Shown one piece after another: positions 26,724-40,442 of a stretch of DNA of 64,000 nt. A model generated the notes under the pieces. It was given only the letters and a program-made list of their open reading frames with translations, was not told the DNA's origin and ran no database searches. Position numbers and translations under genes: made by a program. The stretch is from Eukaryota sp. GEM-RC1 (Eukaryota). Every line of letters begins with the position of its first letter. The stretch's first letter is position 1. Location of the stretch: positions 1,364,001-1,428,000 of the forward strand of contig JAUFOQ010000013.1 of the NCBI GenBank assembly GCA_040285855.1. The letters are read 5' to 3'.

Positions 26724-29164
26724 CTATATAGTTGGTGACCTCAACATTTGATTCCACCTATGAATCGTCTCAGCCAACTTAGGAGCAATAGCTCTCCTTG
26801 CCATATCAATCTCATCAAACACAACCCCCTGTGCTTCCTCTTCACTTAAATCTAACCTAAATTTCTCAGCCACTCTACTCACCACAGCTCTCCCTGCCTT
26901 CTCCACAGAAGTCATGCCAGACTCCCCAATCAAAGAGAACATTGCCAGGAAAAGATTAGCATGGCGGCGAAGTACAGAAAACACTAGACAACAATACTCC
27001 CGAAACTTAGCAAAGTATTCCTCACCCATAGCATAAACCCAACGCTCGTCCATTCTAATTGCTGTTTGGAACGGTTTAGGATCGATGTCAAGCATATACC
27101 CAAAGTCAATGTGGAAGAGTCGTCCTTCCTCGGAAAGGAGTAAGTTGTCTAAGTGACGATCTCTGATACCAAAGCAAAATGTAATGATTGAGTAGGCAGC
27201 ACATGAAATGGTGAAGTTGTTGATTCTAGAGGAGTATACCTTGGTTTGGCGAAGGAATGCGAATAGTTCTTCCTTGCTGTATTCTGATAATGCTTTGCAA
27301 TTGGGAATAAATTCAATAATTCCACATAAATGACCTATTGGAATAGCTCGGTAGGGTGTAAGTTTAGCATCAATTCCAGAGTTTTTCAATAACTTATCAG
27401 TTAATAAAATTAATTTAAGAATGAAATAATCCTGTCTGATATCGTCACCTCGCTTGAAGATGAAAGAAAACTCGTCATCATTCAAATCAAGAAAAGAAAA
27501 TCTTACTGGATAAAAATTAGAAGGGTAAACCTTCACACATTCAGATATATCACAAACTTCCTTATCATGCGTGGGTACATAGAGTTTAGCTTTCTCAGGT
27601 TGAGCTGAAGTGGATCCTAATAAGGAAAGTCGGTGGGTTTTAAATATAGACAACAGTTTCTCTCTTACAGTCATTCCAAAAGCCATTACATTGGTATTAC
27701 TCTTGTCAAATTTTGGATGAGAGATCTTGTCTGCGAGTTTAGTAACTTCATCTAGAAATCTGCTTTGCTTTGTCAACATTAATCGTTGAACTGATGACAT
27801 TTTAGTCTTGAGTGCCGATAGAATGAGATCTAAAAGCTGTTTGTACTTGATTGGACCGGGATACGTGAGTTCTGCACTCAGCAACCAGTAGAGCTCAAAC
27901 ATGATGAAGCTATTAACAACTGCCTCTTCAATGAGAAACATCGCTAGTGGTGGTAACGTTGAGAAAGTAAAACTAGGAGGAAAGTATCTAAATGATTGGA
28001 TTAAAGGGAAAAGGAACAGGTCAATAGTTGACGTGTTGATTTGGTTCAGAATACGTTCGATTAGGCTACCTTCCTGAAACAGAGCAGGAGATTTTAGACA
28101 CGGTTTGATAAAGAGTAAAGCATCAGAGATTGTTTTAGGAAGTTTCCAATTCGAATCTGAGAGACAAATCATAGCGTCATGTGATTGGGAAGGTGCATTC
28201 CAATCAATTGCTTCTAAAAATAGTAACAAACCACCATCTGCTGCACGCAGATAATCAGAATACCGTGCTCTCCAAATAAGTTGTTTCTCGGTCAACGACA
28301 GAGGTCTGATATTGAGATTCTGAGCAAGCAAAGAGTCAATCAAACTTACCGGGGGAGCAACGGCAGTGTTGTCGTCAGCATGGAGGGCAGAGAGAAGTTG
28401 ACAAAGAGGACGCTCGTCAAAGGATTGTTCATCAGCAAGGACTGACTTTGAAGTGACATAAGGAGTAGAGGAGATTGAGTTGGTGCGGAAGTTCTTGCTG
28501 CCAGGGGGAGAAGAAGCAGTGACAGAGAGAGTGACGTTGTTGTCTAAGTGGGGGTGTCTTCGACAATGATTGAGTGGAGAACAGGGAGATCCAGGTTGGC
28601 GATGTGCAGAGTAACGAGAGGCAGGTCTGATTCAGAAGTATCAGAGAAGTAGCGGTAGATAGAGCGAGTAGAGAGGACGTCAAGCCAGTCATGGTTAGAA
28701 TGTTTAGAGAAGTAAGCCAGAACATGCTCTCTAAACTCATTACGATGAAAGTCTTCGTCAATTGAGTAATGGAGGGGTTTGAGTTTGAATGTGTGCCAGC
28801 CAGATGAGTAACGACCTAGGGAATCGAAGAGGTTTAGAGTGTGAGTACCCAGAGGAGCCTCAAAGTCAGAGTTTGAGCTGAAAGTGGCAGTGAAAGTAAG
28901 TGTAGCGTCTATGGAGAGATCAGAGATAGTGAGAGGTAGGCGGAGACAGTCATCAGTAGAGATATGAACAGATTCGGATGGGAAAAGTAGAGATGAGAAC
29001 TGAAATAGATGGTGTTGGAGATTGATCCTCTTAGTTTGAATGGAGACTGATAAACTAATAAGGATGTTTTGAGAGCTAAGAGAAGACTTGCGAGACCATT
29101 CGAAATCAGAAAGCTTCAGAAGAATGTAGTTTTGGCATTGATGTGATGGTATGAACTCTATCAT
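26724..29164 (-). CDS. VPS34: Class III phosphatidylinositol 3-kinase
   Basis: C2-like N-terminus, LSLTEKQLIWRARY helical domain, IFKRGDDIRQD, GIRDRHLDN, FHIDFGY...DPKP. One frameshift in the C-run near 28552. Confidence 0.92.
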
Positions 29165-29949
29165 TGTGTGAAATCATAATAAGTGGGGGAAAGCAAGCAC
29201 CAGTGGGATGGAAATTTAGCCCCTAGACAGACTTAGGAGCTTTCTCCTCTCAAAACACTGCATGTTGTTGCCTCCATAGCTGCTCATTGACATCTTGGGA
29301 ACTAGTCGTTGAGAAAGAATCTTTTCTCTACATAACAACTGTCGTTTACTTCCACTGGGTCATAAATACCAACTTTAGCCTGAACAAGATGCGATCCGCA
29401 TTGTTCTATGTTCCATCTGCAAGTTCTTTCATCCTTATATCCAGACCCAATCGAAATTGCCGTGTAAAATCATCCTAAACGTTCCAGAAAATTTTGGTTA
29501 TACTCATACCTACAGAACTCTTCTTGATATTCTTCCCTATTGTTTCCCTCGTACAGCAGAGGAAGCTTCCATTTTTAGTCTTTTTCTCCCTGCAGATGTA
29601 GGAAATGAATGGGGAGAGTACCAAGATCCTGGGTGAGCTCTTTCTATTGTTGACAGCGTTCTTCTCTCAAAAAACGCAATCAGTTTTGATTGGTTGTAAC
29701 TTTTGTGGCGGGAGAAATTTCCTACACCTTTTTTCTTTCATCATATCATTTAGTGATTACAATCAAAAAATATTTGATTGGATTTTGCAATTTTGCAATT
29801 TTTTTTGGAGTATGGTAGATTAACCGATGCTCCTCAATTTTACCTCCAAATTTAATATTCTAATTTACTGAACAAACAACTTTCAAGAAGTTGTGTTCTT
29901 TAATTACAAATGAAGGGAAGAAGGAAACTGTCTATCAATTTTCTTTAAT

Positions 29950-30560
29950 TAATCGGAAACAGTCTAACGACATTCCATAGCAACAGCCATTCGAGATTCA
30001 TCATACATATTGATTGTACGTAATGAAGGTCCAACATTTTTGATCGTTTCATTAAAGTCCAATTGGATCTCATCACTTAGATGTATGTTTACCGCTAAAT
30101 CAGGGTAACCAAACCAAAACTCAGTGGCAATCCGAGATATGTTAGGTTCAATGTTGTTCTTGTACGCTCCATAATCAGAGACCGTGAAATAGATCTTGAA
30201 AGGTAGTTGAGCTCTTCCTCCATACTTTTGAAATAATATTAATTTTTAAACAACGAATGCCCATCCAGAACATGAACTTCATCAGTAACCAATGTGTATT
30301 CATGAGCGCTTAACGAACGAGAAATTAAATTAAAACAACATCATTCAGACCAATCAATAGCTTCTTTTAGACCCAGTCTTTGTAAATTCTGACATAATGT
30401 ATCCCTGGTTGTTAGTCATAAAGCATGCACATCCTCTAAAAACTGAAAACTGCAACAGATTTACCACAGTCTGGCTATCCACCGATAACAGCGAGTTTAG
30501 CGACAGTAAACTGATTCAAAGCAATGCCAATGGGCACGTTTACATGAAACTGAGATAGAC
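29950..30560 (-). pseudogene. Remnant of a DExH-box helicase-like gene
   Basis: Minus strand reads ...EYTLVTDEVHVLDG (DEVH at 30272-30283), flanked by stops. Confidence 0.3.
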
Positions 30561-31729
30561 TCACGACATTATTGAAATGATTGAGGGTATAATTGTCCAG
30601 TAGAGCACCGTAGGGATATACAACTGATTCCAATTTTTAAAATTTAATTTATTATAGTTTTATGTTATAAATTTAATTTATTAATTTAATTTAAGTTTAA
30701 GAAGACTGCTACATGATATTAGAATTACCACTCAGAGAGATAGTTGCTGAAAGTAAAGGAATGAAATAAACACAGATAGAATCTTGTTCTTTGATGAGGA
30801 GGGGGATTTCTTCACTGACCTGTCACTGATATCAATTTATTGGTATTGTAATAGTTTGTATTGATTACATTGTTTGTATTGATTCCATTGTTTGTTTATA
30901 AGCTAATGTATTGACATTACTTTTTCATGTAAAATGAAGCTACTTATTGAGGATTAATTGTTTAAAAATCTAAAAGGGACACCTTTTTCAAATTGACACC
31001 TAAAGAAAGTGACACAAACAACAACACACTTTGAATCAGCTGTTCCTTTATTTGTTTTAATGAGGGGAAATTCAACTCGCTGTTATTACTGAACTTTTTC
31101 GACATCAGCCAACTAAGATTGGTTGACTGTCAATCATTAGTGGGAGAACGACTATCGTGTATGAGACACAATAAAGAAGATCTCGTACAGATATGTAAAT
31201 GAAAAGAAGTGGCGAGTCAAATTTGTTCACTAATGAGAGGTGTCTGTTTGTGGTGATAAGGCAGACTGTAGCTTTAACCATCAATATCCTTAAAGTCCAA
31301 ATTTTGTATTTGGAAGTTTTCAGCTGCCATACTTTAATTCTGCCAAAAGATAGCAAAGTGTTAACAATTGAAGTTTAAATACCTTAAAACTAATGAGAGG
31401 TGATTTTCGGTATTTAGCAATTTGAAATATTTGACTCTACAAGGTTTTGAATCTGAAGATTTAAACTGGATTCCTTTATTTACTCTATAATAGCAGTCAT
31501 CGGCAAACCGTTAATTATAAGATGCGTATTTATGGAATTCACTGTGGCGCATTGTAAAATACAGTTTCCCGTATAAAAATACCGCTATATAATACCGAAA
31601 TTTTCCACGGCGAAACAATTCCGTAATATATACACTGTTTGAAACACTTCTTATTTAGAAATTTGTGAAGAAGACAAACAGGGTAAGAAAACAAAAAAAA
31701 GTAGCGCTTTACATACTCTTCTGAACAAA

Positions 31730-32341
31730 ATGTCCACAGGCCTCACAGAACGACTTGATACCATTGAGACTCTTTTAGATCAAACTGCTGGCAAGACCCT
31801 CTCAACTGCTCTCAAGTCTGGTCTCAACTCAAGTAGACTCATCCGTTGCCCATCTGATTACTACAACTGGCCATTATCCCAACGAGCAAACTTTCTCAAT
31901 GCTCGTTCCGAAAACCACCTTTGTAAAACTCTTCTAATGACCAACACTCGCTGTATCAATGACGACTGCAGTAACAAAAACAACTCCAAATACTACGCTG
32001 TTGTTGTCCAGTACACTGAAAAACTGAACTCTGCACTATTTCACGAGTTTCTCAAGTCCTTACCAGGGAACGAGGGACTATCCACAATTAAGCATTTCAA
32101 TCTACGCTTAATTTCTGATGAAGAAGCATATCAACTCACTGGTTACCAGTACAATGCAGTTGCTCCATTTGGTTTGACTTGTGGGTCCAGTGGTATCCCA
32201 GTAATTGTAGCTAAGAGTGTTATGGATCTTGTGGGGGAGGTTTTTGTAGGGGCAGGCGAAGTAGATGTAAAGCTGGGGTTGTTACCATACGACTTTGAAA
32301 AAATTGGAGTTTTGATTGCTGACATTACTCTTCCTAGATGA
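31730..32341 (+). CDS. YbaK/ProX aminoacyl-tRNA deacylase family protein
   Basis: LCKTLLMTN, YYAVVVQY, LTGYQYNAVAPFG, VGAGEVDVKLG. Confidence 0.85.
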   Translation: MSTGLTERLDTIETLLDQTAGKTLSTALKSGLNSSRLIRCPSDYYNWPLSQRANFLNARSENHLCKTLLMTNTRCINDDCSNKNNSKYYAVVVQYTEKLNSALFHEFLKSLPGNEGLSTIKHFNLRLISDEEAYQLTGYQYNAVAPFGLTCGSSGIPVIVAKSVMDLVGEVFVGAGEVDVKLGLLPYDFEKIGVLIADITLPR

Positions 32342-33509
32342 TGACGTGATGGTGGTGTTGTTTTGATAGGCTTTGAAGTTTGTTTATTGTTTTGGGTTTT
32401 GTTGTTATTTAATTTCTTTTTAGAAACGAAGACTAGAAGTAGTCTGCAATTGTTAGGTTCTGGTCAACTAAACACTGTCTCATGTCTGATTCTTTAAAAA
32501 TAATACTAAAGAATCAAATACATTATTTTTCTGATTAACCAGTAAGACTTAAGATGGTCGACAAGATCTACATTTGCCCATTCACTTCCAGTTAACGTAG
32601 GATAAGCACTGCCAAACGGGGTATGATTAATAGTATATGTCGTGACATACTTAGATATATGCAGTCCAAGTATTACAACAATTGGTCTGAACAAATATGC
32701 CAAGGAAAAAATTTACATTGATCTCATCAAATCTTGTTATGTTTTCATAAATGCTGTGTTATAACTAAATTAATGTTAAGGATGTAATTTATGAATTCTT
32801 AATATTATAAGCACCATCACACCATATTAAACTGTCGAAAATTGAAAAAAGGGATAAATATAAACCAAAAACAATATTATCTATGAAATTCTTCAAAAAC
32901 AATTCGTGGTCAACATAACCACGGATGTTTAGTGCAATTTAGTGATGATTGACTTCACAAATTTGAGCTGAAAACACAAGACTTAGTAAAATAGGGTAAA
33001 AAGAAATTGATCGAAAATGATATCAATCGTTTGTCTATAAATGGCAATTGTAATATACTCTAAAGGCTGACAAAACAAAGGAATCTGTTCTGAGAAACAC
33101 CGTTATATGTTGAGTAAACTCCTTCTATTACACGTACACGTAGTTTGGAACAATGATTTCTTTGTGCATTTATTTATTTAAAGCCTAATTCTGATTCTTG
33201 GATTAACACTTGATACCTCTCTCATTGCTTTAACACCCTTAGTTGAGCTCCCTTGTAGATAAACATTTGTCAGAGAAACATTGACTTTCAACGCATCTGC
33301 TAATGTTATAGCTGATTAAGCTCCAATAGAAGATCATATTTCAAATTTTTTACAATAACAATTGGTCCACTGTATTGATAATAAACCCCGTTTATGTAAT
33401 CATAATACTACAGTACAACACAATTAGCATCTTGCTTTTATGATAAAAACACAAGACTACATGTATTGTAGTACATTTTCATAGAGTTGCAACCCAAATT
33501 AAATTCATC

Positions 33510-36500
33510 TTATAAACCAGAAAGGTAAGCAGCATACGCCTGTTTCATTGTTGCAGTAATACTATCCAAGATCTTACTGTCATTCAAGTCTACTTTACTG
33601 ACCATATTGCCACGAGTCTTACCTTTGAGATACTCATACATTGGATCAAAGTGACTACCATTCTTGAGAGGACAAATAACAAGGCCAGTACCAAGTTCAG
33701 TAACTTTGGCAGCAATATCATCAAATCTAGATTCCCAAGTACGACCATTAGGGTCTTGTGGATGATTATCTTCACAACCACAGTTAAATCTCTTACCATG
33801 ATTAGGAGAATCGCCAATAACAAAGATAATTCGATGACCACCAGGCCATTTGGCTTTTAACATTTCATCTAATCCAGTACAGATATCTTCTGCAACGTCA
33901 TCACCTCCATCAGCAACAACTCCTCCAATGGCATTCGAGAGAGCTGTCGCATTACCAAAAGGAATAAGCTCAACGGGAACTGAATCTCCAATATCACGAT
34001 AGGCACAAACTAAGGTTAATTATAAAACAAAAAACATACATGAAAAAGAAACTGTTAATTTCTTGGTATCGTAACCCATTGCACTAACAGACCGGGAGAT
34101 ATACTCTTCTAAAACTTTTGCCATTTCTCTGATTTGATTTGAAGTTTGTTGAATATAAGTACTCATGGAACTAGTGGCATCGAAAACAAAAGCTGCAGAC
34201 AAAGATAGATCCGCACGTTGTTTGACATAATCAGCATCAGAAATTCTGGCGGAGAGCGAAAACGGAACCTTTGGTTTACTAAAAGTAGAAGACGAACTTG
34301 CCTTACTAGGAGTAGAAGAAACACTTGGTTTAAATCCATCTTCATAGTCCAAAGATACAGGGGGGAGCCACCACGGCGTCAGGACACTCGACCTTAGGAA
34401 CTCCAGAGGGATCATTGTCAGCAGGCCAATGGCCATACTTAGGGGAGATGCTTGGGAGAACCCATTCCTATGCAGTCGTGACGATTAACACACTTGTAAG
34501 GAATAAAAAGGGAATTTTCTCATGGTAGTAGTTGAAACGATGAACGGGATCGTCTAACTTGGTACAAGAGAGATCATGAGGACATGTTAGTAAGTTTAAA
34601 TGAACAAAGTGAGTTCGATGCACTGCAGCGGTGTCTTTGCAATGTTTGCCAAATCTACAGACATGGATAAACTGCCTCATATGAGCAACAGTTTTAGGAT
34701 TCGCAGACAAACTTCCGTCATAGTAGTGTTTACAAGTGAAAGGGTTTTGACAAACTTGTCGTCTGATTCCAAAGAATCCTTTTACTTTATCCAATGTACA
34801 CTTCTTCCCCTTAGGATGAATCACGTCACCAGACTTCTTATCAACAGGACAAGCCCAAACCTTTCTTGGAGTAATTCTTTCCTTAGAAGTGTTAAGCTCA
34901 ATGTGAGTGAAACTTGCATAGGAGGAACTACTACCACTTTCGAGTTGAACTTTGATTTGAGAAGTAGAGGTTCTGGAGTTTCGGAGGTTCTTGGAAATAA
35001 TAGAAATTTTATCAAATTGAAATTCTAACCCATGATCAATTCTTTCAATACAAATCTCACCAGTAGCCTTATTGATCTTAATTCCAAAACGAATATACTT
35101 ATCCGCCATTCTCTTTACAAAGTACATTCGAAGTGTTGCTAGAGTTGGAGTTCCAGGATTTGGATTCGCAGATTCATAAACAGAGACATAACCATTGTTG
35201 AAACCAAAAGTGATTGGGCATTCACCATTTACTAGACCAAAGATGAAGCTACCAGTAGAATTGACATCAAATTTAATACACAATTCACGTTCATAAGAGC
35301 ACGAGGACATTAAGTAAGCCCAACGATGATGTTCTTGAGGTGTTAAAAGTATGTTAAAGCCATATTCTAACTGCTCGTGGGCACAATAGCTAGCTTCAAT
35401 CATATTGTTTAGATAGTCACAAGAATCAACAGACTCTGTTAGAATTAAGAAGTTTTCTTTTCCTCTAGATAGTACTTCAAGGTCGTGTTGAGCTCGATTA
35501 CTTAGTGTAGTATAGACAGTTCTTGGCATGACAACGTGTTCGACATCACTAAAGGAAATCTTACTCGGAAGATGGCACTCGATAGTGAAGTGATTGTCTG
35601 GCATTAGAATTGATTGAACAAATATCTCCTCTGTAACTGAAGAGATATTAAACTTAGATAGATTCAATTTTGAATGTTCTTTCATGTGGTTGAGTGAGTG
35701 GCACATATCAAGAGCAACAGTTTCAGCTGCACCTTTTACACCAAAATTCTGAACTAAGCTGTAATAATTGTTCTTCTTTTCAGTTTCGTCAGCAGGAATT
35801 CTAATGTAAGGTCTGTGAGGAACTGCTCCATCATGAGTATAATACTTAGTAGCAGCAGTGACATGAAGAAAAGTAGAAGTATGCTTGGTAACAGAAGACT
35901 TAAAGATCACAGCAATCGGTCCATAGTGAGTGTTAGTATTAGGTCCTAGAATTGAAAAGACTGTACGATCTCCACGAAGATCTTTGTCAGCTTGAAAGCC
36001 GATACCTACCTTAGCTCCAGATTCATCAGGAGCACCAACTAAGTTATTCAAATCAAGAGCCGCTTGAGCAATGTTCTTAGCTAAACGACCGAGTTCAGAT
36101 CGTTCTTCCTTTGATAGATCGGTACATTCCATTAGAACACGCATACCATCTGGACAAGTCATTGACTTATTCAACAAACCATTCATTTCCATCTCAGTAG
36201 AGACAGCTAAGAAATCAGCAGCTTGTTCTTGGTTGGAGTAGTTTACTAATTGATAATGAGAGGCGGCAACGATCTGACGGACTTTAGCAGGGTCTGCAAG
36301 CTTGGTCTTCATCATATTAAGTGAGTAGAAAGCTCCATGAGTTAGACATGATTCAAAGGTTTCTGGTTTAATTCGATGAACTGGACGGAAACGCATTAAC
36401 AATTCTCCTAGAGCTTTTAGTTTTTTAGGTGTTGGAAATTTAGGAAGGAGTCCATGTAAACGACGCTGATTGCTGACGTAATCTAACTTATTTTCACAGG

Positions 36501-38509
36501 TAAACACTCCCAAATCAGGCATCAAATTTCCAAATATTTCAAATAACCTAATATTTCGATGAGAAAACATACGCACGTGATCCAAGTCTCCTCTGTTTTT
36601 ACAAGAAGCTCCACGACTACAAGGAGGACGGAAATCCAAAACACCTGAATGACTAAAGGTGTTCAAATGAATCTCGTCAACCGACTTACAACTGGTACCA
36701 TTAGGACATGGCTTCCGTTCTAAATGAACAAACTTCTCCATGTGACTTTTAGTTGTCATCTCCGTACATTGGAAGCCTCGAGGACAGACAATCTTGTCAG
36801 AACAAGAAGAATTGAAAGGATCATCAGCCAAATGGATTGGATGGGTGACGTCAGCTTGATGAAGGACAGTGAGATCAACACAGTTAGGATTAGGGCAACT
36901 CAAATGGTCATGATGTTTGAATTTAAGACAGTCTGCATCACTGCATTTAAGACCTTTTTCACAGATAGGACGATGCCAGAAGCTTTCTCGATGGTCAGGG
37001 GTTTGATCCTTGCAGAGACTTTCGTGATGACAGGCTGGTGCATGAGTAAAGCTCAAATCATGGCTGGAATCACGTTGATGTGATTGGCAAGTAGAGAAAT
37101 GATGGCACGTTTTAGACTTAATGACAGCAAATGGGTTTACAACAGTTCTACCAGGATTTGGAGCAACTGTTCTAGTTCTAAATTGAATAGCAGAATTAAC
37201 AGTCGTAGAAGAAGAAGAAGAATTAAAGTTAAAACTTGGTGATTCATTTGACGAACTGTGTAAGCGATTGTTTAAAAAGGAGATTTCATTCAGTAAACGG
37301 GTGATTGTTTGCTCCGTAGATTGTTTTTCTTTTTGGACAGTCTTTTCTAAATTTAAATATTTCTGTATCTTGTGTGATTGTTGGTGAATAATGTCATTCA
37401 AATATTCAATTTCATCGTTTAAAATCTTCTTTTGTGTTTCGAATTGATTACTCTGAGATTGTAATAGTAATATCTGGTCGCTTTGAGATTGGTTTTTTCT
37501 TTAAGAAACTCCAGTTCTTTTAGCAAAAAGAATGGTCAACTGGTTTTGGTTCAGCAAGATTTAAATTTTGCAAAATTTGAATTATTTCAATAATTCTAGG
37601 GCGAAGAGCTGAATCCACTGCTAAACATCTCTTAACTATATTAGCCAATTCAGTAGGTATAGACTTGTCAAAAGGTAAAGAAAGCCCCTTTTGTTTTGTC
37701 CCCATGACTCCAAAAATAGACATTCCTTCAAAAGCATGCCTATTATGGAACAATTCATATAAGACAATTCCAAGTGAGTATATATCGCTTTGGGGAGTGA
37801 CCTTGTTGTCGAATTGTTCAGGAGCAGCATATGCCAAAGTCATTGCATTAGATCTTGGAACAGTAGAAGTTAAAGCAATGTTGCGAGAAGTTCCGAAATC
37901 AGCAATTCTAATTCTATTATCAACAACCAACACATTTCCAGGTTTGAGGTCTCCATGTACAATAGATTTGCTATGGAGATAGCTTACACCTTGGCAGAGT
38001 TGTTTGGCGTACTCCACAGTGATAAAAGAGAAAGAGTTTGGACAAGGAAGAGATGAAGAAGCTCTTTCCATGACGATTCCAATCCGATCCTCCCAATAAG
38101 AAAGACCATAGACACGAAGGACAGCAGGGTGATTGAGTTGAAGAAGGAGGTTCATCTCCTTTTGTAGGTTGATTCTTCCCTCTTCAGTGAGGGATATAAG
38201 CTTGACCGCGACTGGTAGTTTGAACCATTCAGCAGCATACACAGCAGCAAAACCTCCTTCATCGATCTTTTCATGGAGTTCGACTTGGTCTGAAGGAATT
38301 TTGGGACAGAGATCGCCATCCTGAGCAGCTTGAAGAAGGTCTCGAAGTGCTAAATTGGGGCGTTTTTCTAAAGGAGAATGAGTACGGCAGAACGGACAGT
38401 TGTCTAAGGATAAAGCACACTGAGCACAACTAGTGTGAGCTTCTCTACAGAGAATCAGTGGAAGATGCCGTGAGAGGTTGAACGGCTGACAACAGAGAAT
38501 ACAATCCAT
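33510..38509 (-). CDS. RING-kinase-coiled coil-PBZ array-putative ADP-ribosyltransferase-PBZ array-VWA multidomain protein (copy 1, long)
   Basis: RING (CILC...C.EAH..C..C...CPFC), kinase (HGDLKPGN, DFG, YAAPE), about 11 Cx5C...H...[FY]xH fingers, VWA (FDATSSM, AYRD, GGDDVAED, IGDSPNHG). 30-nt intron at 34010-34039; several homopolymer frameshifts. Confidence 0.8.
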
Positions 38510-39687
38510 CAGATACGTACGTAGTAGTATGATATTACTGGAGGGATTTGAAGACGGAAACCGTTTATGCAGATTCTCGACTGAGTTCATCATCTGTAGA
38601 ATGAAAACTTTCCCACTCTACAACCGTTTTAGAAAAATAGAGATGCAGTATGGCAATTTTCGCAGAAATTTCCAGTTACATGAACGCAATCGTGGGTGGC
38701 AGCACATATATGGAATCAGTCCACATTGGTCTCTTCCTATAGATCATTTCTCATAGTGCTAAGGGGATAGGAATAATAGACTACATTTATGAACAGTAAT
38801 GTCGAACTAATGGCACTTTAATACACTTAATCATAGTTGAAGTGAATCGATGAACATTCTAAAAGACAAATTGCATGTATAAAGTACTAATGTTGGTATT
38901 GCTCATACCAATTTTAGATTTGCAGTAAGACTGTCAGCCACAGAGTCTATCACTAGTGCAACCCATAAGTTTGCATGTCAAATGCAAGATTATTTCAAAT
39001 CCTACCATGAAAAAGATTAACACACGCTACTTAGGCAAAAGAAATCTCGATTCAGAACTTATGTACAGTATCGTATCAGGAAAAATTGACATCACTACAG
39101 TCATTCACCAACTTGAATTTGTTCAAAAGACATTTTAAAAGTAAATTATATTCTACATCCCCACTATAGCGGATGTTAACGTTATGTTGTTTTAAACAAT
39201 GTAAAACGTACTTGGACTGATGTGACAGTACAACCTCTACATCAACTTAAATCCATGTCTCCAGCAAAAGAGAAGATTTAGAATCGAATTAAATATCTCC
39301 AACACTAAACCGAAATTTATTAGTTTGTATATGTCCTTTTGCAATTTCTATTTATGGACGACTTGGTAGAGATGCTCTTTGTTTTCTCTCTGATTTTGAG
39401 AAAGTGGTCAAAAAGAATGAACAAGAAATTTGATTTCAAATTTTGGTTGAATCGTATACAATATTTAAAAACATTCCTATCATGATTTCAAAAGCTCTAT
39501 TAGCTCTCAGTGTTTTTTATAAAGAAAAAAGCTGATGTGAGTTTTAATGGCAATGATTGTTGCTTTACTGATATTGAGTTCTAGTATTTGTGTTTATTAG
39601 TGTTTTTGTTCCATAAATTAACGTATCAAAAAAAGTTTGTGTATAAACGTCTAAACTAATTTAATTGAAATAATTTAATAACACCTT

Positions 39688-40359
39688 TCATTCTTTTTGA
39701 ATCGATGAATAGTTCCGTTCTCCAAAAATTGAACTTCCAACTCTAACATAATCAGATCCTCTCCTAATGGCTTCTTCAAAATCTCCAGACATACCCATTG
39801 AACACTTCAAAGGAACTCCAACAGACTCAGAGATCTCATCTGCCAAAGACTTCAATGAAGTAAAGGCGGAGACATCACCAATCCGTCCTATTGTCATTAA
39901 TCCAAGTAGTTGTAGGTTCATACAGTTTGAAACAATATGAGAACAAATGGCTAGAGTGCTATCAGATGATGTTCCACTCTTTGCATCATCTTCAGAGACA
40001 TTTACTTGAACAAAGACGGGAATAACTTTTGAAAGCTTCTGTGCTTCCTTGTTGAAAAGATCAGCAATTTTGATTCGATCTATAGTGTGAACAACAATGT
40101 TTATTTGAGCTAGAGATTTGACCTTGTTGCTTTGGACTGGACCAATGAAATGCCAGGTAATGTCCGTAGGAAGAGAGGATGCTTTAGAGACACATTCCTG
40201 AGCATAGTTTTCACCAAAGTCACGATGTCCATACTGATGTAGCTCCGATATTAGCTCCATGGGTTTTGTTTTAGAAACAGCAATAAGCGTTATTGGGCGA
40301 GAATTTGAGACATCACAGATACGCTGCTTGACATTGTTATAAGAGTCAAATAAAGACAT
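39688..40359 (-). CDS. PLPBP: PLP homeostasis protein (YggS/PROSC)
   Basis: LIAVSKTKP, FGENYAQE, WHFIGPVQSNK, SMGMSGDF, VRVGSSIFG. Confidence 0.96.
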   Translation of the reverse strand: MSLFDSYNNVKQRICDVSNSRPITLIAVSKTKPMELISELHQYGHRDFGENYAQECVSKASSLPTDITWHFIGPVQSNKVKSLAQINIVVHTIDRIKIADLFNKEAQKLSKVIPVFVQVNVSEDDAKSGTSSDSTLAICSHIVSNCMNLQLLGLMTIGRIGDVSAFTSLKSLADEISESVGVPLKCSMGMSGDFEEAIRRGSDYVRVGSSIFGERNYSSIQKE

Positions 40360-40442
40360 AAGACTCTGCAGGATATTGTTGTCAAGTCTACAAAGGCCAA
40401 TTTTTGCCTGAACACTTCACCATCACTTTTCTTCATCTTTAA

